Part shown: positions 10,281 through 20,533 of the stretch, piece after piece
How the letters are laid out: each line of letters starts with the position of its first letter
Numbering within the stretch: position 1 is the first letter of the stretch
The notes under the pieces: generated by a model
What the model saw: only the letters and a program-made list of their open reading frames with translations
Database searches by the model: none
What the model was told of the DNA's origin: nothing
DNA from: a virus
Reading direction: 5' to 3' (one strand)
Virus record (IMG/VR): IMGVR_UViG_3300006750_000002
Coordinates: 96,001-160,000 of that record
DNA length: 64,000 bases
Made by a program: the position numbers and the translations under genes

Positions 10281-13200
10281 ATGGGGTTTTTAGGGAATCT
10301 AGATAAAATAAATACTCTTGAATTATTCCTTACCGATAAGGGAAAGGAGTTAATGCTCAAAGAAAATGGATTAGGGTTAGAAGATTTAATTGTTAGGTTT
10401 AGTTTAGATGATGCGGATTATGATTATAGAAGGTCTAGTGCTGCGTGGGTAGATGGAATTTCCCCTATACCAGATGGAAGTTCGTTACCATTTGGCACTG
10501 ACCAAAGTGGGACGAACAATGTGTGGCCAGATGGAAGTTCGTTACCAGATAACAACCCCTGTTGGTCTTGTGGGGGTGTAGATTGTGCACCTCTTTCAGG
10601 AACTTGTTGGTACGATATGCCAGATGTTAGAGGAGATAGGGGAACTAAAATAATTAACTGTTACAACGTTTCAGCTACAACGGAAGGTGTTAAGGCCTGT
10701 ACTAACGTATATGCATTTTATGATGTTACTTCCATAGATAGGGATGCCGCGGACGCCGCTAAACTCGGACTTAATGATTGGTTCGTTGGTATGACTGCTG
10801 CTACACCTAACTATATTGGTAAATTATTTCATATTGCTGTTTTTGGTGAAAGATGGATTAACACAAGTTGGTATCCTTGGAATGGTAAACTAGATACTTG
10901 GGAATGGACACCATGTGGTAATAGTGAACCAGGTTCACCATTAGGATATCCTTGTAACGATAATAGTTCTACTTTCATTGGTACTAATCCAGACTACCTT
11001 GAACCTGTAACTGGTTTATATTTACAAGCTGATAATGGTACAGACTCAGGTGTTGGTACTGGGGATTGGACTGGATTTAATGAATTACCACCAAACGCTA
11101 TTGTTAGTAGTTACGGTAACGGTACTGGTGGTAGAGCAGAATTTTGGACCACAGGATGTACATTAGTTGATATTCGTGCTCCTGGTTATGGCCACGATAA
11201 AGCGGATATTGGGACCTCTGGTCCTGTTGGAGTTACAGCTTCTACTTCTAACGGAAATATTGGTTACACATTCGACCCTAATGCTTTTAGTGCCAGCACC
11301 ACTTTTAGTGCTTATACCCCAAATGACTTTACAATCACGACTCTAGGGGATGGACTGTCTATAACTGCGGGGGATTTAGAGGGGAATTTGCCGATTAACA
11401 CTTGTGAAGATAATTGTTGTCCGGACCCTGGATATGAGGAGCCAGGATTATTTGGGTGTCAAGATTGTAGCCCATTTGACAACACCATAACAAATGGGTT
11501 TGTATATGAATTTGTAAGTAAGAGTGTCAGTTGGGTTCCCATCAGTTCAAATGTGACTGGTGGTACTATGGACTTGCAGCTATATACAAATATAGCTGAT
11601 TGTGTTAAATATAGAGGTATGGACCGTAATGTGTTGATTGTGGATATATTCGATGAGGCACAAGGAGGTAGTAATGCATATTCAAGTGCCGGTTACAGTG
11701 CTGGTGTTCTTCCTTTGGGACAGAAGACTTTTTATAATGGGGTGGATGGTATCCCCAGTACGATGCTCACAGAGACTTTAGGTGACTCGGGTGGTGAACT
11801 CTCCCCTACTTGGGCAACGAACGACTACACTGGGTATCATGGTGGTGGTCCTTCTGTTACAGACTGTACAAGTTGTGTGCCAGACTTAGTCAACAATTGG
11901 GGTATATACTCCCCCACAGGAGCAGACACACAATTCCAGGCCAGACAACAACAACCCACCGTAGATTGGAAGTACTCACAAGACCTCTTCTTAAAAACAC
12001 ACCCATTCTATGAAAATTTCCAAGGGTTTGTGTATCCTGTGGTTCCTTTAGTGGACCCCACTGGTAACACCAATACATCTAAAATGGTTTTCCCTCTTCA
12101 TTTATATGGAGCTATTTATGGGGAGCTGGTTCCTCTTAGTGAATTCCAAGACAACCCAACCGTTGTCGTATTAGGAGGCACACTCGCGGAGTGCACACTA
12201 ACGAATCCTTATGACGTGTTAACCCCTGTCACATATGACCCTAGTGGAGTTCAAGTAACTTCACAAAATAGTGACTATAACTGGGAACCTTTTGATTCTT
12301 CAACATTTTCACCTAGTGAGGGAATAATAAATCTCACTATCCCTAAAGGAATGAGAAATTGGGGTTGGGACTTCAACCCCACAGTAGGATGTCCAACATT
12401 ACCTTGTAATGTTGCTAACATATTTAGTGGTGGGACATTTGAAGCGGATTTAACTAGTTACACAAGTGGTTCACTTCCATTGACGACCGTATCTTCAGGG
12501 TGTACCGAATGTCAATGCCTCCCTGCTGTTTTTATTAACAAAAGGGGTCCAGTTGAAGTTATAAATGAAGGACCTGGTGGGGGCACTAACCCGCCACCAG
12601 ACAACCCTATAACTACGGGTATTTGTGGACCAATACCTGATTTTGTTTCAAATGGATTTAGTGCTTCTAGATTTATAGGGCAATCGGGCAAACCTTCAGG
12701 GGACCCAACAATAAACGAGGAGCTATATGTTCCTAAATCTTACACTAATTTTAGAAGTGGATTAGCGGACAGTGATACGGGAATAGGGGCAAATGTACCA
12801 CCTCTTAGGACTACCTCCCATGTCGATAACTATAGTCCAGCATATAGCATTGATTTTACGATTACCCTACAACAGTTTTATGAAAAAGATAAACTAATGT
12901 GGGACGTAGAGTTTATCAGCACTTCACGATACGGTGAGTATTTAATACAAGAAGGTGACGGTTCAAAGTTCTATTGGTTAATAGGGTCTGGGTATAAAGG
13001 AAGTAGGAGAAACCCTAAGGAAACTAAAGCTTGTATTAGTCCTACTCTTGCTATACTAAACCTACATAGAAGGGATAGTGTCGGTGTTAACATAGCTTAT
13101 CTTAGGGGTTATTGGACTGAGAGTGAAAATTATGTGAGTAAAAGAAATAATATCAACCAAGGTTCTACAGAAGAAGTATTGAGTTATGAATTTTGTGTTA

Positions 13201-13298
13201 CTATGGCGTATAGTTACCGAGGGAAACTACTTAAGAAAACTAAAAGATTTAACGTAACTGGAAATAATTATGGGTATAAGTTAATTGATAAGTCATAA
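10281..13298 (+). CDS. Structural protein with only the N-terminal half of the tail-collar-fibre-like motif; long Cys/Gly/Pro-rich body
   Basis: LFLTDKGKELMLKE...IVRFSLDDADYDY near the N-terminus, paralogous to the ORFs at 7803 and 13354. Confidence 0.55.
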   Translation: MGFLGNLDKINTLELFLTDKGKELMLKENGLGLEDLIVRFSLDDADYDYRRSSAAWVDGISPIPDGSSLPFGTDQSGTNNVWPDGSSLPDNNPCWSCGGVDCAPLSGTCWYDMPDVRGDRGTKIINCYNVSATTEGVKACTNVYAFYDVTSIDRDAADAAKLGLNDWFVGMTAATPNYIGKLFHIAVFGERWINTSWYPWNGKLDTWEWTPCGNSEPGSPLGYPCNDNSSTFIGTNPDYLEPVTGLYLQADNGTDSGVGTGDWTGFNELPPNAIVSSYGNGTGGRAEFWTTGCTLVDIRAPGYGHDKADIGTSGPVGVTASTSNGNIGYTFDPNAFSASTTFSAYTPNDFTITTLGDGLSITAGDLEGNLPINTCEDNCCPDPGYEEPGLFGCQDCSPFDNTITNGFVYEFVSKSVSWVPISSNVTGGTMDLQLYTNIADCVKYRGMDRNVLIVDIFDEAQGGSNAYSSAGYSAGVLPLGQKTFYNGVDGIPSTMLTETLGDSGGELSPTWATNDYTGYHGGGPSVTDCTSCVPDLVNNWGIYSPTGADTQFQARQQQPTVDWKYSQDLFLKTHPFYENFQGFVYPVVPLVDPTGNTNTSKMVFPLHLYGAIYGELVPLSEFQDNPTVVVLGGTLAECTLTNPYDVLTPVTYDPSGVQVTSQNSDYNWEPFDSSTFSPSEGIINLTIPKGMRNWGWDFNPTVGCPTLPCNVANIFSGGTFEADLTSYTSGSLPLTTVSSGCTECQCLPAVFINKRGPVEVINEGPGGGTNPPPDNPITTGICGPIPDFVSNGFSASRFIGQSGKPSGDPTINEELYVPKSYTNFRSGLADSDTGIGANVPPLRTTSHVDNYSPAYSIDFTITLQQFYEKDKLMWDVEFISTSRYGEYLIQEGDGSKFYWLIGSGYKGSRRNPKETKACISPTLAILNLHRRDSVGVNIAYLRGYWTESENYVSKRNNINQGSTEEVLSYEFCVTMAYSYRGKLLKKTKRFNVTGNNYGYKLIDKS

Positions 13299-13353
13299 TA
13301 GTTTACATTCAGGAAATAAAAATTAAGATAATTATATAATAAGGAACAACATA

Positions 13354-15027
13354 ATGGGATATATAACAAGTGCAACTACACAATATTTAGACCTTCACAT
13401 GACGGAAAGGGGTAGGAAATTCCTATTGCAAGGAAGCCTTGCGGACCATATAGTTAAATTTGCTTTGGGTGACACCGATAAAGATTACCGTAACGCTTTA
13501 AATCTAAGTTCTGGTTTTGTACCAGACGTGACCGGTAATCATGCTAACTGTATTTTTGGTGTTAATGACGGTTATGAGATTAGAAATAAGATTACTTATG
13601 TAGAGGGTGGGACTTCATTAAGTAGCCAACAACAGAGTTCTGCGATGATGGGAAGTTACATGGACCCGACTACTAACACTCCAGTTTGGGGTACTAGAAT
13701 GACTACTAACTTATACCTACATGATTGGTTCACCGCTTTTAGAGTCGCTGCATTTTCAGAGATAGGGAACCACTCCTGGACTAATTTAACAAAGAGTGAC
13801 TTTACGGAATATTTTAACACTATATACCAACCATCAGGTAAAGCTTGGTCTTTAAATATCGGTGGCTTATTTGACGCGATGGAAACTAAAGGAAGGGGAG
13901 TTGGAATAACCATAGCTGATAAATTCTTCACCCAAGAGAGGAACTCATATAACCCATCTAATAATGAAATTAAGTTGGTCGGAGCGACAGCAGCACTATT
14001 CCCTATATTTTTTGGGGGAGCATATGTAACGTCTAAGAACAAAGAAGTTACGTTAAAAGGAGCTCAACGAGGCTTGAGGAGAAAAGTGACCACCATTTCC
14101 TCACCTTTTGCACTTACTAGTGATACCTTTAAAAACATTAAAAACCAAGCCTTTGTAGGGTCGGGCAAAATGACTTTAAGTTTAGGGTCTTATTTAGATT
14201 ATGGTTACATGTTTGGACAATTGGTGGAAAATATTACATATTACCCATCCTATGGTTATTATAACGGAAGTGGTGGGATGTATAATATATTTGACGTGCA
14301 GAACCCTAGTTTTAATAGTAGATTTGCTGAAGGTAAGGGGAAAGAATTAAATACCTTAGTACCTATGGGCAGAGCAATACTCCCATTCGACACTACAAGT
14401 AACGCATACTTTCCTCTCCAGACAAATCAAATTAATACTAATAGTACCACTAATTTTAAATCGGAATCTGGGACTGCGGTAGGTATGAACCTGTCGGATA
14501 GTACCGCACCACTTAACACTTTAAGTAAATTTTTATCAGGTACCGCACTTTACACTATAAATTCAGAAGCTAGGGCCTACGATAAGGTATTCCAACCTGA
14601 TAGACCCTCAGGTGAATTAAGAGAACCTAAGACTGGGTTAGAATTACTTATATCACACACCATAGACTTCTTTGATGCGTTAACGGTAGACCCACGAAGT
14701 AGTAATTTTATTACCACTACAGGTTCAGGTTTAGAAAAAGAATATAATATTTCTTTTACCTTTGAAATTACTAATAGTAATAACCCGCAAGTTTCCCCAG
14801 CATCGTTAACGGTCAACATTAACTTTAGTTTAAAAGCTTTATTTGAAAACTTTACATATTTAGAACCAACCTCCACGAGCCCTAGTAGGATTCTGGTATG
14901 GGACAGTAGTAAAAAAGAAAATAAGTTCTATGGAGCTGGTGCTGCGGTAAGTGATTATACCATAAACCCACTAGCTTCTACCACTACAGGTGGATATGCA
15001 ATATTTAACAGTAGCTCAATAACATAA
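13354..15027 (+). CDS. Structural protein with only the N-terminal half of the tail-collar-fibre-like motif
   Basis: LHMTERGRKFLLQG...IVKFALGDTDKDY near the N-terminus. Confidence 0.55.
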   Translation: MGYITSATTQYLDLHMTERGRKFLLQGSLADHIVKFALGDTDKDYRNALNLSSGFVPDVTGNHANCIFGVNDGYEIRNKITYVEGGTSLSSQQQSSAMMGSYMDPTTNTPVWGTRMTTNLYLHDWFTAFRVAAFSEIGNHSWTNLTKSDFTEYFNTIYQPSGKAWSLNIGGLFDAMETKGRGVGITIADKFFTQERNSYNPSNNEIKLVGATAALFPIFFGGAYVTSKNKEVTLKGAQRGLRRKVTTISSPFALTSDTFKNIKNQAFVGSGKMTLSLGSYLDYGYMFGQLVENITYYPSYGYYNGSGGMYNIFDVQNPSFNSRFAEGKGKELNTLVPMGRAILPFDTTSNAYFPLQTNQINTNSTTNFKSESGTAVGMNLSDSTAPLNTLSKFLSGTALYTINSEARAYDKVFQPDRPSGELREPKTGLELLISHTIDFFDALTVDPRSSNFITTTGSGLEKEYNISFTFEITNSNNPQVSPASLTVNINFSLKALFENFTYLEPTSTSPSRILVWDSSKKENKFYGAGAAVSDYTINPLASTTTGGYAIFNSSSIT

Positions 15028-15030
15028 GAT

Positions 15031-15447
15031 ATGTCAAATCAAACAAGAACAATAATAAATAACTTTATAAGTCAATTTGGGAACACGCCCAATGGAGTTA
15101 CCCCACTTAAATATGGTGCGGGTACTAGTTATACAGACGCGTCTAATAGTTCTACCGCAATTGTAGCGGGTAATAATGCTCATACTAGAGGAGAAATAGA
15201 TGGGTCTAATCATGTAAGGACTTTATTTATATCGGTATTAAATGAAAAAGGAGATGAACAAGTAGATGGGGTTAACCTACTTACGTATACTCCAGCTATC
15301 ACATACCAGAGTAATAAAAATGGAATTACCGACCCAAGACTGGTAAAAAAACTACATTTCCAGGGAGCTCAATTTTTAACCTTGTCATCAGATGGGCAAT
15401 CCCTAATCCCATTGAGAACTAACACACCCAATAGAACAACGGTCTAA
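15031..15447 (+). CDS. Hypothetical protein in the structural module
   Basis: 138-aa ORF 3 nt after the previous stop, same strand; no family recognised. Confidence 0.6.
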   Translation: MSNQTRTIINNFISQFGNTPNGVTPLKYGAGTSYTDASNSSTAIVAGNNAHTRGEIDGSNHVRTLFISVLNEKGDEQVDGVNLLTYTPAITYQSNKNGITDPRLVKKLHFQGAQFLTLSSDGQSLIPLRTNTPNRTTV

Positions 15448-15470
15448 ACAGTAAAAAAATATATATAAAA

Positions 15471-16574
15471 ATGGATTTTAAACCAGTATCAAGTAAAACA
15501 GTAGAAAGTGAAATAGTACCTTTCGGCACATTAAATCCCGCTTTTAATGGGTATAACCAAGTGATAGGTAATGCTTTGAAGATGACGGTCGCACAAAGAA
15601 ACCCTAACAATGGTAGAGCGTTTTCTAATCTGTATCCATCTTTTAACTTACCTGCTGCTAATTTTGTGGTAAATTCGTGGGACATAGAATGGAGTTCTAA
15701 CGCCTTAGAAAATATAGATAATGACGATAATGTGGTAGTGATTGAGATACCTAAGAATAGTTATGGGGAATTAATAGATGGTCGGACCATTAAATTAACA
15801 TTACCTCATCTAGATGGAACCGCATTTGATTGTTATAGTTCTTATTATTTACCTTCTAATGCGTCTAGTGACCCTAGTCCAGAAGCGGAATATTTTGGAC
15901 ACACATCCGCTTTAAATTTGGGATACCCCAATCCAGATGTTGAGACACCTAGCACTAATGTATCATTTCTATTTTCTGATAAATTTCGTACACCAGCGGG
16001 TGGAGGAAGTTGGGCAGATGGATATACTACATCATCACCACCAGCAGGTTATCCAGATGCCACCACATTCTTTAGTTTCGAATCAGGTGGGGATAAGAAG
16101 GTCGCTTTAAGTTCTTCTGGGGCAACTACAGGGTTAGACCAACCTATTGGAATTTGTTATCTAGATAAAGGCTTTATTGTGTTAACTGATTCAGGTGTGA
16201 CTCAGAATATTAAGTGGTCAGCCTGTACCGATGGGGGTTCAGGATATACCTATAGTGCTTTAACACAAGTTAGTTTTGCTACAGACTCTTCCCTAACATT
16301 TTACAGCTTTGAAAAACAATGGGTGTTGAATGTATTATGTGAAGCTGGTGTACAAGAGTTCGGGGTGACAAAAAACCAAACCGCAGCAGATTTAAACCCC
16401 ACTGTTAACGCAGATGGGGAGTATGAGTTATTTTCTGTTAACAAACCTGTTTACATTAGTGAAGTCGGGTTGTATGATACTGATGGGAATATGTTAGCGA
16501 TAGCTAAACCCGATAAACCAGTAGAAAAGTATTATAACAATCCCAGTTACTTTGGATTGAAATTTAGATTTTAA
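15471..16574 (+). CDS. Structural protein with only the C-terminal half of the tail-collar-fibre-like motif
   Basis: C-terminal VYISEVGLYDTDGNMLAIAKPDKP, paralogous to the C-terminus of the ORF at 7803. Confidence 0.55.
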   Translation: MDFKPVSSKTVESEIVPFGTLNPAFNGYNQVIGNALKMTVAQRNPNNGRAFSNLYPSFNLPAANFVVNSWDIEWSSNALENIDNDDNVVVIEIPKNSYGELIDGRTIKLTLPHLDGTAFDCYSSYYLPSNASSDPSPEAEYFGHTSALNLGYPNPDVETPSTNVSFLFSDKFRTPAGGGSWADGYTTSSPPAGYPDATTFFSFESGGDKKVALSSSGATTGLDQPIGICYLDKGFIVLTDSGVTQNIKWSACTDGGSGYTYSALTQVSFATDSSLTFYSFEKQWVLNVLCEAGVQEFGVTKNQTAADLNPTVNADGEYELFSVNKPVYISEVGLYDTDGNMLAIAKPDKPVEKYYNNPSYFGLKFRF

Positions 16575-17168
16575 ATGTCGGTAAAAAGAGAACCTAAAAT
16601 TCTAGGATTAGATGTGTCCACTAAAACCATAGGTTGGGCACTATTTGGTATAAACTCTAAAAGTCTGTTAGAACTAACCCATTTTTCCCCTAGGGTATCA
16701 CCAAGACCTGAAGATAAGATAGAAGAACTCCTAAAGAAGGCAGTTGCTTTTCAAGAGAAACTAAAAGAAGTTAAAGACTTTAACATAACCAAAGTCGTTA
16801 TAGAAGAACCCCTACTCACATCTAATAACATTTACACAGTAAGTGCGTTGTTAAGGTATAATTCTATGATAGTTAAAACGGTATACGATGTTTTAGGTAT
16901 AGTGCCTAATTTTATATCGACATATAATTCACGAAAATTTGCTCACCCTCCCCTTTATAGTTATAATGATAAAGGCAAAAAAGTTTTATTTGGAGGGTAC
17001 CCAAAAGGGTGTGATAAAAAACACCTGGTTTGGGAACTGGTTAAAGAGTCCGAACCACAAATTGTTTGGCCTCACGCTAGAACAGGAAACCTTAAAAAAG
17101 AGTGTTATGACATGTCAGACGCTTATACCTGTGTCAAAGGGTACATGACCCAAAACGAAATCTGGTAA
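16575..17168 (+). CDS. RuvC-like Holliday junction resolvase
   Basis: RNase H-fold motifs ILGLDVSTKTIGWA, VVIEE and C-terminal DMSDAY. Confidence 0.75.
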   Translation: MSVKREPKILGLDVSTKTIGWALFGINSKSLLELTHFSPRVSPRPEDKIEELLKKAVAFQEKLKEVKDFNITKVVIEEPLLTSNNIYTVSALLRYNSMIVKTVYDVLGIVPNFISTYNSRKFAHPPLYSYNDKGKKVLFGGYPKGCDKKHLVWELVKESEPQIVWPHARTGNLKKECYDMSDAYTCVKGYMTQNEIW

Positions 17169-17198
17169 TTGACATTTCATTTGTAAATGTTATCTTTA
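17168..17198 (+). promoter_or_regulatory. Host-type promoter upstream of primase
   Basis: ATTG-N19-TATCTTTA (also readable as TTGACA-N16-TATCTT); the ATG follows 4 nt after the downstream element. Confidence 0.5.
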
Positions 17199-17202
17199 AC
17201 AG

Positions 17203-18126
17203 ATGGAAGACCACAATCTTATAATTGAAATATTAGAAGACATTTTAGGTGATTCTTATAGACACCACCCAGGGAAAGGACAAATAGCTTTTGACTGCCC
17301 AGTATGTTCTTATGACTTAAAAGGACTAGATAGGGGTGATGGTAAAGGTAACTTGGAGGTGAACTACCAACTGGGGGTCTTTAAATGTTGGGCATGTTCT
17401 GAAACTAATTACACTAAAGGTCGGTTAGGTAAACTAATAAAAAAATGGGGAACCTCCAGACACCTTAGGGATTTTGAATTATTGAGCCCTGAAGAGTTCC
17501 ATTATAAAAATACTAAATATAATAAAGAACTAAAATTACCTATAGGGTATGTGTCACTTATGGATATATCACCTTACGATTTAAATGGTAAACAAGCGTG
17601 GAACTATCTTAGAAAAAGAAATATAAGTAAAGAACTTGTACAAAAATATAAAATTGGATTCACGACGGAAGGAGAATATAAATTTAGAATTATTGTCCCT
17701 TCATATAACCTTAATGGTGAACTACAGTTTTTTATAGCAAGAAGTTATGTGAATAGTAAGTTAAAGTATAAAAATCCTGAACAAGAGAAAAGTAACATCA
17801 TATTCAATGATGAACACATTAATTGGGATGATGACATTTATTTGGTAGAAGGAGTTTTCGATATGTTTTTTATTGAAAACAGTATTCCTCTTTTAGGTAA
17901 GGTAGTTCCAGATAGTTTATGGCAGAGATTATATGAAGAGTGTAAAGGTAATGTTATAATTTGTTTAGATGGTGATGCTTGGGAAGACTCTGTTAGGTTG
18001 TATGAAAAAATAAACGGTGGTAAGTTACGAGGAAGAGTTAGGGTAGTTAAATTACCCACTGATAAAGATATCGCAGAACTCAAAGGAGAAATAAAAGAAG
18101 AAAATATATTAGAATTGCATAAATAA
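17203..18126 (+). CDS. dnaG: DNA primase (zinc finger + TOPRIM)
   Basis: CPVC...CWAC zinc-binding domain, RIIVP motif, TOPRIM IYLVEGVFD and CLDGDA. Confidence 0.85.
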   Translation: MEDHNLIIEILEDILGDSYRHHPGKGQIAFDCPVCSYDLKGLDRGDGKGNLEVNYQLGVFKCWACSETNYTKGRLGKLIKKWGTSRHLRDFELLSPEEFHYKNTKYNKELKLPIGYVSLMDISPYDLNGKQAWNYLRKRNISKELVQKYKIGFTTEGEYKFRIIVPSYNLNGELQFFIARSYVNSKLKYKNPEQEKSNIIFNDEHINWDDDIYLVEGVFDMFFIENSIPLLGKVVPDSLWQRLYEECKGNVIICLDGDAWEDSVRLYEKINGGKLRGRVRVVKLPTDKDIAELKGEIKEENILELHK

Positions 18127-18902
18127 TGGATATAAGTGTAGAATTAAGTGTCTTTAATAACATAAAGTACTTTGATGACCCCCACAAATACTATATTGAT
18201 GGTGAAGAAATGAATTCTGTAACCAGAGTTATAGGGTTATTTAAACAAAAGTTTGACAGTGATTATTGGTCAGAAAAAAAAGCAAAGGAAAGAGGAATAA
18301 GTAAAGATGAGATTTTAAGTGAATGGAAATATAAATCGGATTATTCGTGTGAAAAGGGAACATTATTTCATGAGTATGCTGAAAATTATTTAAATAATAA
18401 AGTATTTCCGTACAATAACTCTAGGATTAAAAAATTATTGGGAGAGGGGGAAAAGGACGTAAAAAAGGATTTTGATAAAATTAAAGAAATGTTCCACAAA
18501 TTTTATGACGATTCTTATGGTAAATTAATACCGATAAAGTCAGAGGTTATTGTGGGTGATGAGACTCTTAAAATTTGTGGGATGGTCGACCAACTCTTCT
18601 GGAATAATAAAGTTAATGAGTTACAAATTTGGGATTGGAAAACCAACAAAGAGATTAAAAGGAATAATAGATGGCAACAGTTTAATGAGCCCCTATCACA
18701 TCTCGATGTGTGTGAATTTAATACGTATTCAATACAACTATCTTTATACAAATACTTAATAGAAAAAAACACTAAAATAAAATTAGGTGATTCTTATATT
18801 GTGTGGTTTAACGAAAAAAATGACACATACGAACCAATTAAATGTAGAGACTATAGGGAAGAAGTAATATCATTAATAGAAGAGTTTAATAAAACACTAT
18901 GA
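18126..18902 (+). CDS. PD-(D/E)XK superfamily exonuclease (RecB/Cas4-like phage nuclease)
   Basis: SVTRVI, KGTLFHEYAE, CGMVD and IWDWKTN motifs; Q-L-x-x-Y motif (QLSLY). Confidence 0.8.
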   Translation: MDISVELSVFNNIKYFDDPHKYYIDGEEMNSVTRVIGLFKQKFDSDYWSEKKAKERGISKDEILSEWKYKSDYSCEKGTLFHEYAENYLNNKVFPYNNSRIKKLLGEGEKDVKKDFDKIKEMFHKFYDDSYGKLIPIKSEVIVGDETLKICGMVDQLFWNNKVNELQIWDWKTNKEIKRNNRWQQFNEPLSHLDVCEFNTYSIQLSLYKYLIEKNTKIKLGDSYIVWFNEKNDTYEPIKCRDYREEVISLIEEFNKTL

Positions 18903-19681
18903 TTGAAAAAATAATACATTTTTCTGATTTACATATAAAACTTTATAAAGACCATAAACAGTATAAAGACATATTATGTAGGTGCTTTAAAGAGTGGTCA
19001 GACTTAGAACCTGACCGAATTGTTTTTACGGGAGATTTGGTACACTCTAAAAACCAAATGACTCCAGAACTTATTAATATGGTTACGTGGGCATTATCTC
19101 AATGCAGTAAAATTTGCCCTACAATAATATTGATAGGTAATCATGATTTTTTGGAAAATAATTTAGATAGGGTAGACGCTCTTTCTCCTATAATTAATAC
19201 CATGGGTAATTCTGACATTATGTATTTTAAAAACTCTGGGGTGGAAGAAGATGAAAATATAAATTGGATTGTATATTCATTAATGGACCACAATAAAAGG
19301 CCAGATTTTACACCAGACCCAGGTAAGGTAAATATTGGTTTATTTCATGGACCCATCCAAGGACTAGTTACTGATATGGGATTTGCGTTTGAGGACGGAT
19401 ACAATACAAATGAATTCAGAGGGTGTGACTTAGTACTTGCTGGCGACATACACAAACATCAAATTTTAGGGATTCCTAATAATAAGAAAGCCTATATGGT
19501 GGGTTCATTAATCCAACAAAACTTCGGGGAAAATGTACGTAAACATGGTTACGGGGTTTATAATATAAAGAACGACGAATATAAATTCATAGAAGTAGAT
19601 AATCGGTCCCCTTATTTAAATTTTAAAATAAAAGATATAACAGACATTGAAAATGGGAAAGAAAAACTCACCAACTTCTAA
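18899..19681 (+). CDS. sbcD: SbcD/Mre11/gp47-like metallophosphoesterase nuclease (short, 260 aa)
   Basis: HFSDLH, FTGDLVH, IGNHD, LFHG and AGDIH motifs of the calcineurin-like family; upstream of SbcC. Confidence 0.85.
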   Translation: MIEKIIHFSDLHIKLYKDHKQYKDILCRCFKEWSDLEPDRIVFTGDLVHSKNQMTPELINMVTWALSQCSKICPTIILIGNHDFLENNLDRVDALSPIINTMGNSDIMYFKNSGVEEDENINWIVYSLMDHNKRPDFTPDPGKVNIGLFHGPIQGLVTDMGFAFEDGYNTNEFRGCDLVLAGDIHKHQILGIPNNKKAYMVGSLIQQNFGENVRKHGYGVYNIKNDEYKFIEVDNRSPYLNFKIKDITDIENGKEKLTNF

Positions 19682-20207
19682 CATACCTAAAGACCTATTA
19701 AAAGAGATAGAAATGTTTTGTGATTTAAACAAAGTAGATGACCCTAATAAGTTTTTGTTGGGATGTCTAAAGGGTGGTTTCGCGATAGAAAAATTCGGAA
19801 GAACACCTATTAAATCTGGAAAAGAAATTATTGAGAAGGAAGTGGAGAAAGAAGTGATTAGAGAAGTCGAAAAGATTGTGGAAGTTGTTAAACTAGTTGA
19901 AAGAGAGGTTCCGGTTGAGGTAGAAAAAATAGTCACTAAAACAGAGTACATTACTGACGATTCTGCGATTAAAAATCTGTTGGTAAAAATAGAGAGTTTA
20001 GAAGATGAGTTAAAAATAAAACCTAAAGAAGTGAAGGTAGAGGTGGAGGATAAAAGGCAGTTAAACACTTTACAAAACGAAATAAAAAACTTAAAAAATA
20101 AAATAGAAGAATATGAAGATGTTCTAAATCATTTTAGACGATTTAGTGGTAGTAACGTTACCCATCTTGCATCTTCTAGATTAAACGATAACTTATATAA
20201 AGATTAA
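19647..20207 (+). CDS. Hypothetical coiled-coil protein with an EVEK/V-rich repeat
   Basis: EKEVIREVEKIVEVVKLVEREVPVEVEKIV segment and a C-terminal coiled coil; the true start may be the ATG at 19653. Confidence 0.6.
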   Translation: MKMGKKNSPTSNIPKDLLKEIEMFCDLNKVDDPNKFLLGCLKGGFAIEKFGRTPIKSGKEIIEKEVEKEVIREVEKIVEVVKLVEREVPVEVEKIVTKTEYITDDSAIKNLLVKIESLEDELKIKPKEVKVEVEDKRQLNTLQNEIKNLKNKIEEYEDVLNHFRRFSGSNVTHLASSRLNDNLYKD

Positions 20208-20211
20208 AATT

Positions 20212-20529
20212 ATGGAATTATTAATTTGGTTAACAACAGCGTATGGAATGTCACAAATATTAGTTTATGGGAGCATTTTTGATACCCACAGAGAGTGGAT
20301 AACTAATAGGTCTAAATTTTTTGGAGATTTATTAGGTTGTATGATGTGTACCTCCACCTGGGTAGGGTTTGCCTTCTCAGCTGCCCTATGGTCACCAACA
20401 GAACAACTAGACCTACTCATACCCTATAGTAATATATTTTTTGACGGTATGTTAGCTAGTGGAGGTGTCTGGGCAATCAACGCTATAGTAGAATGGTTCG
20501 AACAAAATCGTCCTGAAAAAGAAGACTAG
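20212..20529 (+). CDS. Small membrane protein with a CxxC motif
   Basis: Three hydrophobic segments; LLGCMMCTSTWVG resembles DUF1360-like proteins. Confidence 0.55.
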   Translation: MELLIWLTTAYGMSQILVYGSIFDTHREWITNRSKFFGDLLGCMMCTSTWVGFAFSAALWSPTEQLDLLIPYSNIFFDGMLASGGVWAINAIVEWFEQNRPEKED

Positions 20530-20533
20530 TAAT

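Noticed and set aside
10470-10547. 21-bp direct repeat (PDGSSLP x2) as a DGR TR/VR pair
   Set aside because: The copies are identical with no adenine-specific differences, too short, and no reverse transcriptase is in the window.
1-16574. Eukaryotic giant-virus origin suggested by the huge Cys-rich ORFs
   Set aside because: Sigma-70, bS21, Bacteroidota promoters, intrinsic terminators and peptidoglycan hydrolases indicate a bacteriophage.
19616-20068. 150-aa minus-strand ORF
   Set aside because: Antisense shadow of the EVEK-repeat gene.
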